Shown piece by piece: positions 36,781 through 49,950 of a DNA stretch of 64,000 nt; within the stretch, counting starts at the first letter, position 1; every line of letters begins with the position of its first letter. A program made the position numbers and the translations under genes. Source of the DNA: Podarcis filfolensis (Eukaryota); assembly GCA_964270895.1 (NCBI GenBank), contig OZ185440.1. One strand, 5' to 3'. The notes beneath the pieces are model-generated. The model was not told where the DNA came from, ran no database searches, and worked only from the letters and a program-made list of their open reading frames with translations.

Positions 36781-39139
36781 ATGGTGTTACCTCCTAGAAT
36801 GGCTTTCTTGTAAATTCTGGGCTATTGTTGAATGTGTGGTCCTTGTCTTTGGTGGGGACCCAGAGACATACATAACATTATTGGTTGCTTTTCATAATAA
36901 AAGTTTTTTGAGGTTACTGATAATGTTGATCAGTTCATTAGAGCCCGTGTAGTCTGATGAAGAGCTGTGGATTTTTAGAAGTAGTCCTGGCAAAGAATGA
37001 TCAGTAGGCAGAGTACCAGAGAAATCATTTAAAGGCACAAAACAAATGTAGATTCTTCCCTTGTGGAGATGGAAGAAACTCCCTCTTGAGCACAGGAGGC
37101 TGTTGTGCATCTGTAGCTAGATAAAATGGTTCCTCACCCCTGGCTATATTTTGAGCCTCCGGTGCTGATTTTTCCAGCCCTTTGGGATGTTATTAAATTA
37201 GTCTCCCAGGACTTTTAATAAGCACTTTTGATTCCTTTGAAGCGTGTGGCTTTGTGGGAAGATTACAGCTCTGCATCCTTCTCGCTGGGAGAGAAACAAT
37301 GGCAAGGGTCTGGCGTTTGATCTGTCCTTCCGAAGGCAAGAGAGACAAAGGGCTGGACTGAGGATTGGGAGCTAATGTTTAAAAATAGGCAGGTCTCCCT
37401 CCAAGATAAAGAGAGCTGGCCTTCTGTGTGCAATCAGTGTCTCTGCCTTGCTGGACCTGCCAAAATGAAGCTGGGCTTATTTGAAAGATTTTGAGTGTAG
37501 CTCTGCAGTTTCATTCCGAAGCCTTTCAACGCAATAACTAGGCCATCTCGCCTGGCTTTAAAGCAGAAAACTTTATATTAGGACTCTTGGAAGCTCCGGA
37601 ATTGCAACCCTTCCCTTTCATTCCTTTTTCTTGTCATGGTGTGTCACTCTCAGGGAGAAGTAGCTCTACTTAACAGATTCTCCCATTTTGACTTTGATGT
37701 CTCTTCCTAATTAGGGTCCCAATCCTAGTAGCTTCAGCTGAACCAGGAAGTGACCAGGGGGTTGTTCAAGGCTTGCTGGTGAGACGTAGGGAGGGATTCA
37801 GTGCCGTGCTAAGGTGATTGTTGCATCAGGGCAAGCATTTTGGCTTGCAGACTGAACAATATCCCCTTTCCTTCCTGAGCTGGCTGTTCCGAGGGTTCTC
37901 CCCCTGCCCAAGAGCCAATTTTGGGGGGTGCAGGTGGGAAAGCCCCTGTTGCACAAATGAAAGCCCTTGCATAGGGATTCCATTAATGGTCTTATTAGCT
38001 GAATCCCACTCATGAGCAGTGGATGGAAAGGGATGGAAGGGCACCTGCTCTCAAGTCAATGAATATGGCAAAAATAATTTCTTGACAAGGTAAAAATAAC
38101 GGGCAAGTGCAGTAGCTGGAAGACCAGTTCTCACCACCTACCCTACTCAAAGGGTGCATCTCCTTTCTATCTGGCGGTAAGGATGCAAGCAGCTATTTGG
38201 GAAGATAAGATTCACCACTTCTTGCCCGTCACATACTTCTTGTGTAAGATACCAATAAGGCAAAAATACCTGTTAATATTTAGGACCAGGTTCCTCTTGC
38301 AACCCAGGATATCCACAAGAGACCAGTGGGACTTCAGTGGAGATGAATGGGTGATCATTATAATTTCATTTTAAAATCTTTGATTGTGAAGGTACCCATG
38401 AGGCCAGGCTATAGTCCCTAGCACATGGTGCAAGTGTAGACAGAAAAAGCCGGTCCTTGCTTGTAGCAATCCAAGCATAGGAATATAGAACCCAGAGGCG
38501 CTTCAGTGCCTGCAGAGGTGACTGGTGCTTTTCTGCAGTGAGTATTGAAATTTCTCATTGCTGGAAAGGAAACCCCAGTGTTCATGTGAGGTTCTCAGCA
38601 GGAGCAGCCAAGAGACAGCGATGAGCAGTTTAGCAAGGGCAGAAAGTTCCAGGGAGCAGAGCCCTGCCTTTATCAGCAGTAACTACTGCTGACTTTAACA
38701 GCCAGGCATAAACTTGCCATAAATATTGTGAGGATAAGTGCTAAGACATGACTCCTTTACAGCGAGCAGAGGTCTGACCTTCCCCTAGAGAATATATGGC
38801 TGTATACCAGAAGCAGTATTGCTCTAGCCATTTCTTCTAGTGAGAGAGGAGGCAATGTCCTTGCAGGCAGGTATACACTACTGCTGTTTGCCCCACACTC
38901 TGCCTTCCCAATGTTGCTTTTAGAATAACATTTTCAGCTATTGAATTGTGACTTCTTACCTCTTTCTACACTAGATCCATGGAACGATGCTGTGAAAAGT
39001 TCAGTGTTCTCCCACTTTTTGTAATCAGAATTACCTATAGTAGAGCTCGGGAAGTAGCCCAGAGCATGTTCTTGTCTGTGATCACACAGGAGATCCATGG
39101 AAGATCAGGGAGTGGAAAATAGTACCGCGCCCACATATA

Positions 39140-39329
39140 CAGTGGTACCTTGGTTTACGAACTATCTGGTTTGCGAACTTTAGCTCAGTCTACGAATGGA
39201 AGCTGAATGGTGGAAGGGCACCGGTGGCAGGGGGGCCTCATTAGGGAAAGCGTGCCTCGGTTTAAGAACGGATTTGGTTTAAGAACGGACTTCAGGAACG
39301 GATTAAGTTCGTAAACCTAAGTACCACTG
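39140..39329. mobile_element. Tc1/Tigger-like MITE, opposite orientation to the 33169 copy
   Basis: TIR cagtggtacc with TA flanks; its right end is the reverse complement of the left end of the 33169 copy. Confidence 0.9.
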
Positions 39330-39718
39330 TACTCTTGTTCAAAAAGAGATGCACTGGATCACTTGGGGCTAGCAGTCTCCATACTCAAACCCTTTCCCCC
39401 GCAATAGTTACAGACGAATACAGGCAATTCCCCTGGTGTTACCATTTTAAACACAGTTGTGCTTCAGGCACTACCTAACGACGTATCTTTCCATAGTGCA
39501 GACCTTCACCGTGTCCCCCTCCCCCAACTCCCAGTCTCTGAGCTCCCTTACGCATTTCGAACTGCATGTAGAACAGCTTCTGTGCCGGAAATGGCAATCC
39601 ATCCCCATTGCCAAGACAGTCAAACACCTGGCTGGTTGATTTGGAGCAGTGAAGGATGGAGATCCTTTCAGCTTAAGAGTATTGGCTCCTGCTTCACCCC
39701 TGACCCTTACACTCTCTG

Positions 39719-39720
<2 letters not shown>

Positions 39721-39756
<36 letters not shown>
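39721..39756. repeat. (TG)18 microsatellite
   Basis: Direct read. Confidence 0.97.
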
Positions 39757-39760
<4 letters not shown>

Positions 39761-41849
39761 AATGCTCCTGGGAACACCCACCAGAGCAAAACTGGGGAAT
39801 AATGGCTAAATCAAGCTGGCACATACAATTAGGCATCTAAATGCACAAGAAAATTGAGGAAATAACGGATTGTGACAATTGTTTTCTAACAAATTCTGCC
39901 CCAGTTTAAATCCCATTTGGGGTCCTTTCTGGTCATTAGGTATGTTTTTTAAGCTGTTCTCCATAGCATCACACAGCCACTCAACCTATGGCACAGTAAG
40001 CCTGAGCATCTTCTGTGTGAGGCCCCTGTGATGAATGGGGCTTGCTCAAAAACATGGATATGCTTTGGCTCAGTTGCCATTTATTTCACTGGAGCTTGCA
40101 CAGAAAACGGTGTTGTTGCCAAAATATACTGGTAACTGCCTGTGGGCCAACTTAACCATGGTACCATTCAGTTAGCAATTGTATGAATGTTCATTTAAGT
40201 GAATATAGCTGATGTAGCAGGTATGGGGGCCTGGTCTGGATTGGGACTGCAGTGATGGCAAAGGGTTTAAATTCCTCCTCCAAACAGGGTCTCAATCAGG
40301 ATTGAGGCTCTCGTGCTTAACATCTATACTTCCAAAAATTCATTTAATTGCTTAATGCCTGAAATGTTCTCCCATTTATTTGGCCCTAAGATTCTTCTCT
40401 GAAATATTGCAGACCAGGAAATGTGGCTGTAGAATTATGAGGGGGGTTAATTAAAGGGTATAATTGAACATAGTCATGTGTGGATCAAACCAGTAACCTT
40501 GTAAGGGCTATTAATATAATGGTTTCCACAGTGGAGGACTAACTGCAAATCCAGGGTGGAAGATTCCAGTTTGCTTTCTGTCTCCTTGCAGATGCCCCTC
40601 TTCTCCTCTCTCTGACATTAGAGGAGCATTGTAAAGGGAGCAGTGTGGGACCAAGGGATATTCTGAAGTGAAAGTGGTTTCTGTGGATTATAGGGACCAG
40701 AATTAGTGCTGTCAAATGATGAGTCATACTTGGGGAGGTGTTCTCATAATTTTGCTTAGACTGAGGTCTGGATAGGTACATCAACCAATGTGGAAACCTT
40801 TAAAACAAGTCATAGCAAAATTTCTTAACCAAGCCCAGATTAATAACTGTCCAAGTCCATTTCACAGAGGGGACATGCTTAGGGAACTGGGTCTGTCATT
40901 CTGGATTGGCCCAGATCCTGGGCAACTGGTGAGTTCTGAGTGCTCTTTGCCTCCCTGCTCGGATGCATGCTGGATTTCTAAAGTGTCTTAACACCTATAG
41001 AAACTGTATAGTACAAAAATGCTCCCTTGCAGAGTGGTATACTAATTCCCAGGAGAGAGACATTATGCTGCACTACAAGGAAGTCACTTAGAAAGCCTGC
41101 AGATATTTTTGCTGCTATTCTAAGCCAGGCTTTGTATACCCCCAAAATTCTATCTGAAGTGCAGAAATGAATGCCTCTTGGGATATAATTAAGCCAAACA
41201 GATTCCAAGGGAATTAAGGCATAGTTTAGAGATAGTAAGAGGGAGTCCACTCAAGGCTGTGATTTGCAACAGAATCAGTTTTCTTATGTTAATACGCTAT
41301 GGGAATTTAAAGACAAAACAGAATTGCCAGTCAAATTTGGCATGATGGAGAAAATTTTGTATCTCTAAAATATATTCATTAGGTTTGCCCTGGTCTTTCT
41401 GGTGGAAAACTGGTAATCAGTCTTCAGTGCAACTCCAGCTCATTCCTCTCAGTGCTGGGTTCAGCCCTGGTCTAGGTGAAGTGCTAACACAGAAGTATTT
41501 TTAAGGATGATGTGCAAACTGAGCATCTCCCACGCTGTATACTCACAGTCCACACCTCACATCTCCAGTTACGGGACAGGACGTTGAAACCTGAAGGCAT
41601 GGCTTCACTAGCCCAGGGAAATCCTTATGTGAGAAAACCAGCTGTTGGCAGGATTGCATCTCTAGTGGTAGCCATTTTGGAGGGAAAGGTCCCCGATAAC
41701 TGCCCAAGGAAACTCTGAGGGTGGGGAGTGTGTCTGATTTTGCAAGACATGTTGTCGGTGTCTGTCTGTCATTTGGTGGGATTTTTATGAGTGGTGAGCA
41801 TAATACAGGACTGTATGAATAGGATTGTCTAGCTGATGGTGATGTATCG

Positions 41850-43060
41850 TTTTTCATTACCGCCTCTCAAGTCCTCTCTGCTCCATGTGTGGAAATCCTA
41901 TTTATTCTCTAATTTGTAAAAATTCCCTCCTTATCTGATACCAATCAGGGAGGGGTAATTGCCTCTCAGGGCCAGTGGCTGGGGGCCTGATGAAGAGATA
42001 TGTGTGCTGGCACTGTCTGTCCAGGCGCTGTGGCCTGCTGCACCATGTGCGTGGGCCACAATTAATAATGATTTGCAAATGGCAGACAAGCAATAACGCA
42101 GAAAGATGTCCAGCCAGCCTCCTGCCCGCCCCTTAATTTCCACCGGTAATATAAATGGCATGGGGACGAAAATCCAGCACTATAAATTCTGAAATTAGTT
42201 ATTCACCATAATAAATGGATCCCTTATCAGCTCCCTCCTTCCTCCCCTCCCACCCTACTTTTCCCCTCTCTCCAGCCCGCTCCTTGTCCTGCCAAAACAC
42301 AGACTTCATTTGAGCCCTAATATGCAAATGCTGTAATTTAACGGGATGGTGAAGTTGATTTCCGTGTTAACTTAATTATTGTGATTTATGAAACCCTGGT
42401 CCACAAGACACCACTACATCATTGTCCCTCCTCTCATGGCCTGCCTGTCATCCTGGCAATCCACTTCCTTATGTCTTACCTTCCTTCCTTTGCCCCCCCC
42501 ACCCGCATTTTGCATCCTCTTCCAAGTTTAGTGTTTTATTAGCCAGCTTTAAGTGGGCATAAGTCCTCAGCACAAACAGGCACTGGGGCGGACAGCCTCT
42601 CGTTCTGCCGTGTTTAATCGTGCCTGGATAATGGATGTCTAATTGACTCATTTGAATGCTTTTGCCTACAGGAGTGCATAGCATTAAATGTTTGATTGCC
42701 TTAATTTCCAAACACATCATTATCCCCTTCTTACCCGCTCTTAATAAACACTTTATGAGGATTTTTTTTTTTGCGCAAAGTAGGAAAAAAAATCTCCACT
42801 CCTCNNNNNNNNNNNNNNNNNNNNNNNNNNNNNNNNNNNNNNNNNNNNNNNNNNNNNNNNNNNNNNNNNNNNNNNNNNNNNNNNNNNNNNNNNNNNNNNN
42901 NNNNNNNNNNNNNNNNNNNNNNNNNNNNNNNNNNNNNNNNNNNNCTGAAAGAGAATTCTCCCACTAATAAAGATGAAATTGCTTCCCCCCCTCTTATTGC
43001 CGAACCACTGTTATCCTTCAATATCAGCCTGGTCGTTATCTCATGGAGGGGAAGGGGGCA
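41850..43060. promoter_or_regulatory. Putative long conserved non-coding block, interrupted by the assembly gap
   Basis: Octamer atgcaaat (42322-42329), tgatttat, aattaat and cttatc motifs, CpGs and no recognisable repeats. Confidence 0.45.
42805..42944. other. Assembly gap (140 N)
   Basis: Run of n. Confidence 0.99.
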
Positions 43061-43384
43061 CAGTTTTAGCCTTACTGTATCTGACCATGCCATGGCTTTT
43101 CACTTCCAGGATTGCCATCTCTGTCTTTATACAAAGGAATAGGCAATGCCCATATTGCAAAGCTTCCGTGTAGCTGCAAGGCTCAGCTCTCATTTTGGCA
43201 GAGTTTACAGAGAGCTTTCTGGTGAACAGAGGTTATATTTGCAGTCAGCTGCTGGTTCGTTTCTTTCTCCCATCATTCTTGTTGTGCACATAAGCACTTT
43301 CAGTGGCCCCAGTGTGGACTTTTTTTTAGTTTGTGGCTATAAAATTGAGTGTAGCACAGAGAAGAGACCAGATGTAGCATCTCA

Positions 43385-43556
43385 TTAGAATGTAAGAAGA
43401 GTTAATGTCCCATCTAGTCCAGAATCCTGTTCTCATAGCATCCAGCCAGATGCCTGTGGGAAACTTGCATGCAGGGCATGAGCATGTGAGCACTTTGCCT
43501 ACCTTCCTGTGGTTTCCACAAGCTGGTTTTCAGGCGTATACTGCCTCCAAGTGTGG
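43385..43556 (-). mobile_element. CR1 LINE 3' end
   Basis: cccatctagtccagaatcctgttctcatagcatccagccagatgcctgtgggaa...gtatactgcctcc. Confidence 0.75.
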
Positions 43557-44149
43557 TTTCAGGTTTGTGGACCATGCCCTCACTACAAGGGGAAGGAATG
43601 TAGTTCTGTAGAAGAGCACATGGTTTACATGCAAAAAGTATTTTGGGTTATCTGGTTAAAAAGTTCTCACATAGCAGGGCTGAGAAGGACGTCTTCCTGA
43701 GACTCAAGAAAACTCTGTAGAACCTACCAGGCTAAATAGATTGATGTTTTTCTTAACTGGATGTCTGTCCAACTCCTTCATAAATAAAACAGAACTGTCA
43801 GAAGTGTTGTAAGTGACTTGTCCCATTCCACAAATATCCTGACAGGTGGGAAATGCCGTTGCTTCTGCCTTTATAAAGACTTATGGAAAGATAAAAAGGA
43901 ATTTCTGAGGAAATGGCTCTGTTAACACTTCATTACTATTGAGCAGCATTATGTATGCATCAGGGCTGGGTGAGTGGTATTAATCACAGAGGCGGAGTAA
44001 TTTTTTCTCCAGTGCGGGTCCTTGGCCTCCCACTATATGCCCAGGTAGTCTACTCTGCATTTATTCATCTATTTGTTTCTGCATAAACATTTTCAGAACT
44101 CTTTCTAGGCCTTGCTAGGAACTCAAGGCTATCTAAACCCATCATAATA

Positions 44150-44330
44150 AAACACTATTGAAAAACACAAAGAACAGTCGTGAAAGCCCACAAGCCACAA
44201 ACACCTTGGTGTGCAGTTTTTCACCAACTCTTCACAACCTTGCCAGTCTGATCTGCCAGAAGACGGAGTTCCAAAGAGTGGGTACCACATTGGAGGAGAA
44301 TGCCCTGCATTTCTGTGAATAAATATTATA
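44150..44330 (-). mobile_element. L2 LINE remnant
   Basis: ggagttccaaagagtgggtaccacattggaggagaatgccctgc resembles the reverse complement of the L2 C-terminal AFSVxAPxLWNxLP region. Confidence 0.5.
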
Positions 44331-44847
44331 TGCTTCAGTATTTTATGGGAACAGGAGATAGACATTGCTTCACAAAATGTGGGTGGCTCCTTCTCTGACT
44401 GTCTTTCACTGACAGGTAAAGATATTTTTATTACAGCTTGTGTCCTGTCATATGGTAATTTCAAGGTGCTGGTGGTTCCAATGCTGGAGTTCTTTGCAAC
44501 AGTACAAATTCAGTGTTCAAATTGTCTGCAGTAAAGAGTTGGGACTTAGGAAAAGCAGTGAAGAAGAGTAAGTCCGAAAGGGCAGGTGGACATTCATTGA
44601 GAGACCTTGCAAGTGGCTGAGACTGTGCTTAATGAAGATGTCTCACCAGCCTTGCCATTGTTAAGACAGCCGTCAGAAAGCCCCAATGTGGGTTTGGTTG
44701 ACAGAAATACAGCTCTTTGAGACTTTTTTCCTTTAGAACACGACTGTGTTCAGGAGTTGTGGAAAATAGCATCCCATAAAGAATTGCTGGGGCCAAAGGC
44801 CACCTCAAGCATGCAGCAAAAGCTGCCTGTGGCCTCGTGAGAGTTAA

Positions 44848-45070
44848 TGTGGTGTAGTGACAGTCACTAGAGTGTTGGACTTAGACCAGGAAGGCTGGAG
44901 TTGAAATCCTTGCTCAGCTACAAAGCCTGCTATTTGACATTGGGCCTGTTTCCTGCCTCTCAGCCTAACCTAACTCATGTGACTTGTGTGATCATAGAAG
45001 GGAAGAGGAACCATATATTTCACCCTGAGCTACTTAGAGGAAGGACAGGATACAAATAAATATATTAATA
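44848..45070 (+). mobile_element. MIR/core-like tRNA-derived SINE with A-rich tail
   Basis: gtggtgtagtg...agagtgttggactt...gttgaaatcc...ctctcagcctaacctaac...ctgagctacttagaggaaggacaggatacaaataaat. Confidence 0.7.
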
Positions 45071-45789
45071 GAGATAATGGCTGCATTTGGGGCCTGGCTT
45101 ACAGGATTTTTCCAATTTACGAAAGCATTTATGAATCTTAAGGTAGATGAAGATAATAGCGTATTACAAAGCTGATGTACATTTATGATTTATTTTTATT
45201 TTATTAAAGTATTTATAACCCACCGTACAGATATGGTGTATAGAACACAAAATAAAAAGCAAGCAGCCAAATCATAGAATAAATAACAATGCATACAAAA
45301 TTACATCATTTTAGGAACTGGTTTTCCTTAGTATCCAGTCACAACAGGAGGCTGTTACCACATCTCATTATTAGAAATGGCTGATGGTGGGAGACTTGAT
45401 AGAATTTTCCTCCTCACATGCCTTGAAAGCACCTTTCTATATATATGAGCCCCAGAATTAGTTTGCAAGCTGTGACTTGGGTTGAATGATAGCCATACTA
45501 TTACAGAGCTATACAAGACCCAAAGGTAATCTTATGCAATGCAGTCCAAGGTACACAAACACTTTAAGTTGCAAAAGAGCACAGCTTCTGACCCTCCAGA
45601 TCAAAGCAAGGCAGGTGGAATCCGGCTGCAGAGCAGAAGGAGAGAAGGGAAGCAGGACTATTCTATTGGACCAGCAGCCTTTGGTGCTTTCCCAACCATC
45701 ACTTAGCAGCAGCCTTTCCGTCAGTCTACCTGAACTGTTTCTATCACAGCTGATCATCATAAGAACTGTAACTTTCAAAACTGGGTTCT

Positions 45790-46040
45790 GAAACTGGGAT
45801 GGCTTTAAAAGAGGATTAGACAAATTAATGGAGAATAAGGCTGTCATTGACTACTAGTCATGATGGCTATGTTCTGCCTCCACTGCTGGAGACAGTATAC
45901 TTCTGAATACCAGTTGCTCAGAATCAAAAGAGGAGAGTGTGCTGTTGTGCTCAGATCCTGCTTGCGAACTTCCCATAGGCATTTGGTTGGCCACTGTGAG
46001 AACAGGACGCTGGACTAGACGGGCCACTGGCCTGAATCCA
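45790..46040 (+). mobile_element. CR1 LINE 3' end including the ORF2 C-terminus (DGFKRGLDKLME)
   Basis: gatggctttaaaagaggattagacaaattaatggag...ggccactgtgagaacaggacgctggactagacgggcc. Confidence 0.85.
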
Positions 46041-46640
46041 GCAGGCTGTTCTTATCTTATTATGCTTTAGATTATAAACCTGAGTGCAGGGACTTTTGTC
46101 TTGATAAATAAGCTGCTCTGGGAGCCTTTTTGATTGAAGAGTGGGTTAAAAGTGCAATAAATAACTTGTTTTTATATGTTTTTGCTGTTGATGTTTTATT
46201 GTTCAGTCATTTTGGGATGCTTCTTGGGAGGTGATTAATAAATAGGCCCAGCTTGATTGGACTACTGGGTCAAGATGTTGAGTAAATCCTGAGAACTTCA
46301 AATGCACACAAAAATCTGAAAGTTTGCTAAAAAGTTTAACAAATATAAATGTTGAGTGAGTGGAAGGGATTATGATGTCATGGGATGTTCTTTTTTTATT
46401 TGGATGGTGGCCAGGGAGAAAGAAAGCTGATGAGGAATGCAGCTCCTAGGGTATAGCAAGGAAGCTACTCTTCAGGCCTGGCCAGGAAAGAAGGAAATGC
46501 TGGAGAAAACAAATGCCTTGGCTGTTGGACACTCATCTATGCACAGGTGTATCCTAGGGATCAAGCCAACAGTGACTGTTTTCTTAACATAATCATAATT
46601 GTCATTAAGAGAAGCATGGGAGGAATCATTGCTTTGCTTT

Positions 46641-46716
46641 GCGACAGAGCACAATTCTTTTTGCATGTATAAGGTATCAGTTTCAATCTCTGGCATCTCA
46701 GGTACTAGAGTTGGGA
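46641..46716 (+). mobile_element. tRNA-derived SINE head
   Basis: gacagagcacaattctttttgcatgtataaggtatcagtttcaatctctggcatctcaggta; same family as the 36078 copy. Confidence 0.55.
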
Positions 46717-47744
46717 GCAGAGGCCAGTAAATATTTCTTGCCTTGGTGGCCAACCTAAAATTTGTTGGTGCCAAGAGTATCATCATCAGGTGGGGCCTGG
46801 TCCTTGACCGCATACTGGACCCCTGAAACATAGCACAAATCCGAGAGCATTCCCCTGCTTCCTTCTCCAGCTGGAAGTCCGGAGCTGAAGTGGAGGTAGA
46901 GCATTTTGCACAGTGTGAAAATAACCTCCTGCCCTCTCCATCTTGGAACTGGAGGTGAGAAGAGGCTTGCTTTGACTCCGTAGTTGCTGGGTGTTCAAAA
47001 TACATGGCAGGTTCAAACAAGATCCTCAATTGATGAAGATGATCATCCAAATGTCATAGACCGAATGGAGCAAACAGCACGCAGACCTAGTGGTGGGCTT
47101 CTCTTTTTTACTAGAGCCTGGCTGTATGGCAGTATGGCAAGAATGGTGAACAAGACTGTGAACTCCTAGCTGGGAACAATCTTTTCCTGAAAGTATGGTA
47201 GATATTATGGGGCGAGGAGGGCCAATTGCACTGTCTAAAGCAGCTCCTTATAACCAGCACAAGAGCAGCTGAAATAAGAATTTGAGAAATAAGAATTTCT
47301 CAGTGACCAGTTGAGAAAGAGAGGCAAACATCTCTTGCTTTGCTGTTCCCAATAGCATGCACAGTAAGGAGTGGGCAGACACTCCTTACTGACACAAGGA
47401 CATACCACCTGCAGTATGGACTCCAGCTAGTGCGTGATTTCAGTATATACCTTACAGGTACATGATGGAAAGCACTGATGTGAGGTGTTTTTGTTGTTGT
47501 TGTTTTTGACATTTAAGATGCCCATACTTGACTACAGATGGTTTTGCATGTTTATTTGACTTCTGTTTAGTAAACTAAACTAAACAGTCTGTATTGTGTC
47601 AATATCCAAATTTTCTGCCCTATTTCACTAGTAGACACACTATCCATTTAGGTCCTTTATCTTCTGAAATTCAAGAGAATTTATCCCCCTTTAAATCCAC
47701 CACTTAAAACAATATGGTAATTTGCTGCTGGAGAGCAACTGTGG

Positions 47745-47902
47745 GATAGTGACTTTAACAGGAGGTTTGGATTAGGGAAGCCCAAGATCAGATCTCTGCT
47801 CAGCCATGATGCTCACTAGGTGGCCTGGAGCAAATCCCTTTCTTAGCCCAGCTTACCTCAGGAGGCCAAAATGCTTCTGAGCTCCTTGAGCAGCAGGATA
47901 AA
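47745..47902 (+). mobile_element. MIR/core-like SINE, degenerate
   Basis: gggaagcccaagatcagatctctgctcagccatgatgctcactaggtggcctgg...ctgagctccttgag. Confidence 0.55.
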
Positions 47903-49950
47903 CATGAAACAACTACATAGAACAGTAGATCATTCAGGCGATGTGATGGCTGGTATTTATTTATACATCTGTTTTGAATGGCAACTGGATTTGAGCCTCA
48001 CCAGCCTTCTACCTCATTGCAATGCCAGGTTAACCGAGGCCACTAAATGGCAATCCAAACAATACTTTGGCCATTCTCCAAAAAGTTGCCTTTCTTTGTC
48101 CTCAGTGAAGAGGTCTTTGGCATGTTGGGAAACCCTCAGCCTAGTTTCAAAGGAATTTACAAGTGATGAGGTCAGACCTCTGGCAAGGGCCAGCCCCATT
48201 GAAAAGTGATGGCACCACCCACAACTGAGTTCAGCCCCACCCACACTATGTGAGAAATTTAGCAGGCTGAGTGCCTTCCTCACTGAGCCTCAGGGATGAT
48301 TTATGCCAAACATCTCAGCTCATAGTAACCACTGGAAAGGACTGTCTACTTCTAACTTTTGTACTGTACATTGCTATCCATCCCAAGCCTGTAGTATAGC
48401 ATATGCTACCACAGGCTGAATTCAGCACAGATTAGGATTCTACCAAGCCACCACTAACCTGTATTTAGAGTGGCTTGGATGGTGCCTTAAAACCTAAATT
48501 TAGCTTATTGTGTTGGATGCAGGCGAGATATAGTATATATTTGCATGGATAAACGTGGTGAGCCATTAGGATGGTCTAGCCTTTTTCTGTGGCTGTAAAT
48601 GAAGATGTGAATCACTGTCAGCCTCTTCATCTCTCAGCAGGGGGCAACTTGTTTAGCCCAGAGCTGGGCATGATTTCTGCCTGCTCAAGGATTCCTGGGC
48701 TGTGAGTGTTCCCTTTGCATGCAGGACCCTCTCATGTTCTCAAGCAAAATGGATATGTGACGGGCCCTCGGGTGGCTCCGTCTGCCCTTCCTCCTGACAG
48801 ATGGGAGCCTGGCATGCTTCAAACCTTGAAGCAGAGAGCATGTTCCCCCTTCTTTCTGCCCAGCAGAGCAAAGCTCTGCTTTTAAAAATGCTGTTATTCT
48901 GCTGCCAGCAATTACGGCTAATGGATGGAGAGGTTGCAGGATGCCGACACAGGGGGAAATGTCTCCATTGTAACCTGCTGCCCCTTCCCTGCACGCTTCC
49001 CCCATTTCGGTTCTCAGGCATGCTGGCCCTTGAGGGCAGGCCATTGTTTGGGGTCTTTATGTACGTTGGAAAGGTGACATCCCATGGCAGGGGCCAGACA
49101 GGAAATGGAAATGAAGCATGTTGTGTATAGCAGACACAGATCCCTATATGGCCTGAGAACTTCTCACCTTCAGGCTGGGCCTTTTGAATGCCATTGACTA
49201 CCACACGGGTGATTTGTGAATTGAAGTTTCTCATTTCAGGGGCTAATAATCCAAGATCAAGCCCTAGTAACTTGTGTCTCATTCCTAAACCACTCAGGCC
49301 TATTCTTACACACAAAAACATGGACTCCTGTGTATGAGGGGAGTCTCACCTTTAGGCAACAGGTTAGGAGAAATTGTTATTCATTGAAGCATCAAAGCCC
49401 ACCCCCCACTCTATGTCCCAAATCCCCGCCTTCAAACAATGAGTGGTTTATCCAGTGGCCGGTTGGGAAAAGTGCTAGGATGAAGTAAATATAAAACTAA
49501 TTTTCTTTTCTTTGCAAAGAAATGAGGTGTGTGGCAGTAATGTAATTGCAGATAATGAGGTAAGTTATTCTTAATGTTCTGTCCATCTGCCGTCAGCACT
49601 ATCTGAGATACCTGCCGGCAGTCCCAGGGACCTTCTTACTGGGGCCATATTGAAGGTATGAGGGAGGAGAGAGAGAACACCCCAATTTAATTCTCACTTC
49701 TGGTTCGTTGTTGTCATCATTCTGTATTCTGGTGGCATTGCGACTGTCTTGTGGAAGGAATTTCATATTCCATTAGTCCATTAACTTCATCTTTTTAATT
49801 CAGCAAGTGCTATTTTTACTAAACATGCTATTCTACTGTGGAACTCATAGCCACAGATTTCTGTTGTGTGTGTAAACACATAAAGAACTTGCATAGATAA
49901 TACACATGCAGCGGCTGCATCTAGTTGGTGGCTGAGGCTTTGAGAGCTAT

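Noticed and set aside
42656-43142. ORFs of 103-123 aa spanning X runs
   Set aside because: Artefacts of the N gap.
4741-48546. Recurrent octamer ATGCAAAT and PBX-HOX TGATTTAT 8-mers
   Set aside because: The counts seen are only a few per motif, near what 8-mers give by chance in 64 kb on both strands.
46472-49321. 192-aa (46472-47050) and 193-aa (48740-49321) minus-strand ORFs
   Set aside because: No recognisable domain or splice context, and one overlaps a SINE head. ORFs of this length occur by chance with alternative starts.
49298-49345. ctcag|GCC TAT TCT... reading AYSYTQKHGLLCM, superficially like the ERI3 penultimate exon (AYSFAMGxWPKNGLLDM)
   Set aside because: It lacks the AMGxWP residues and the HIGRPHSG motif and has no donor at the expected length; treated as chance similarity.
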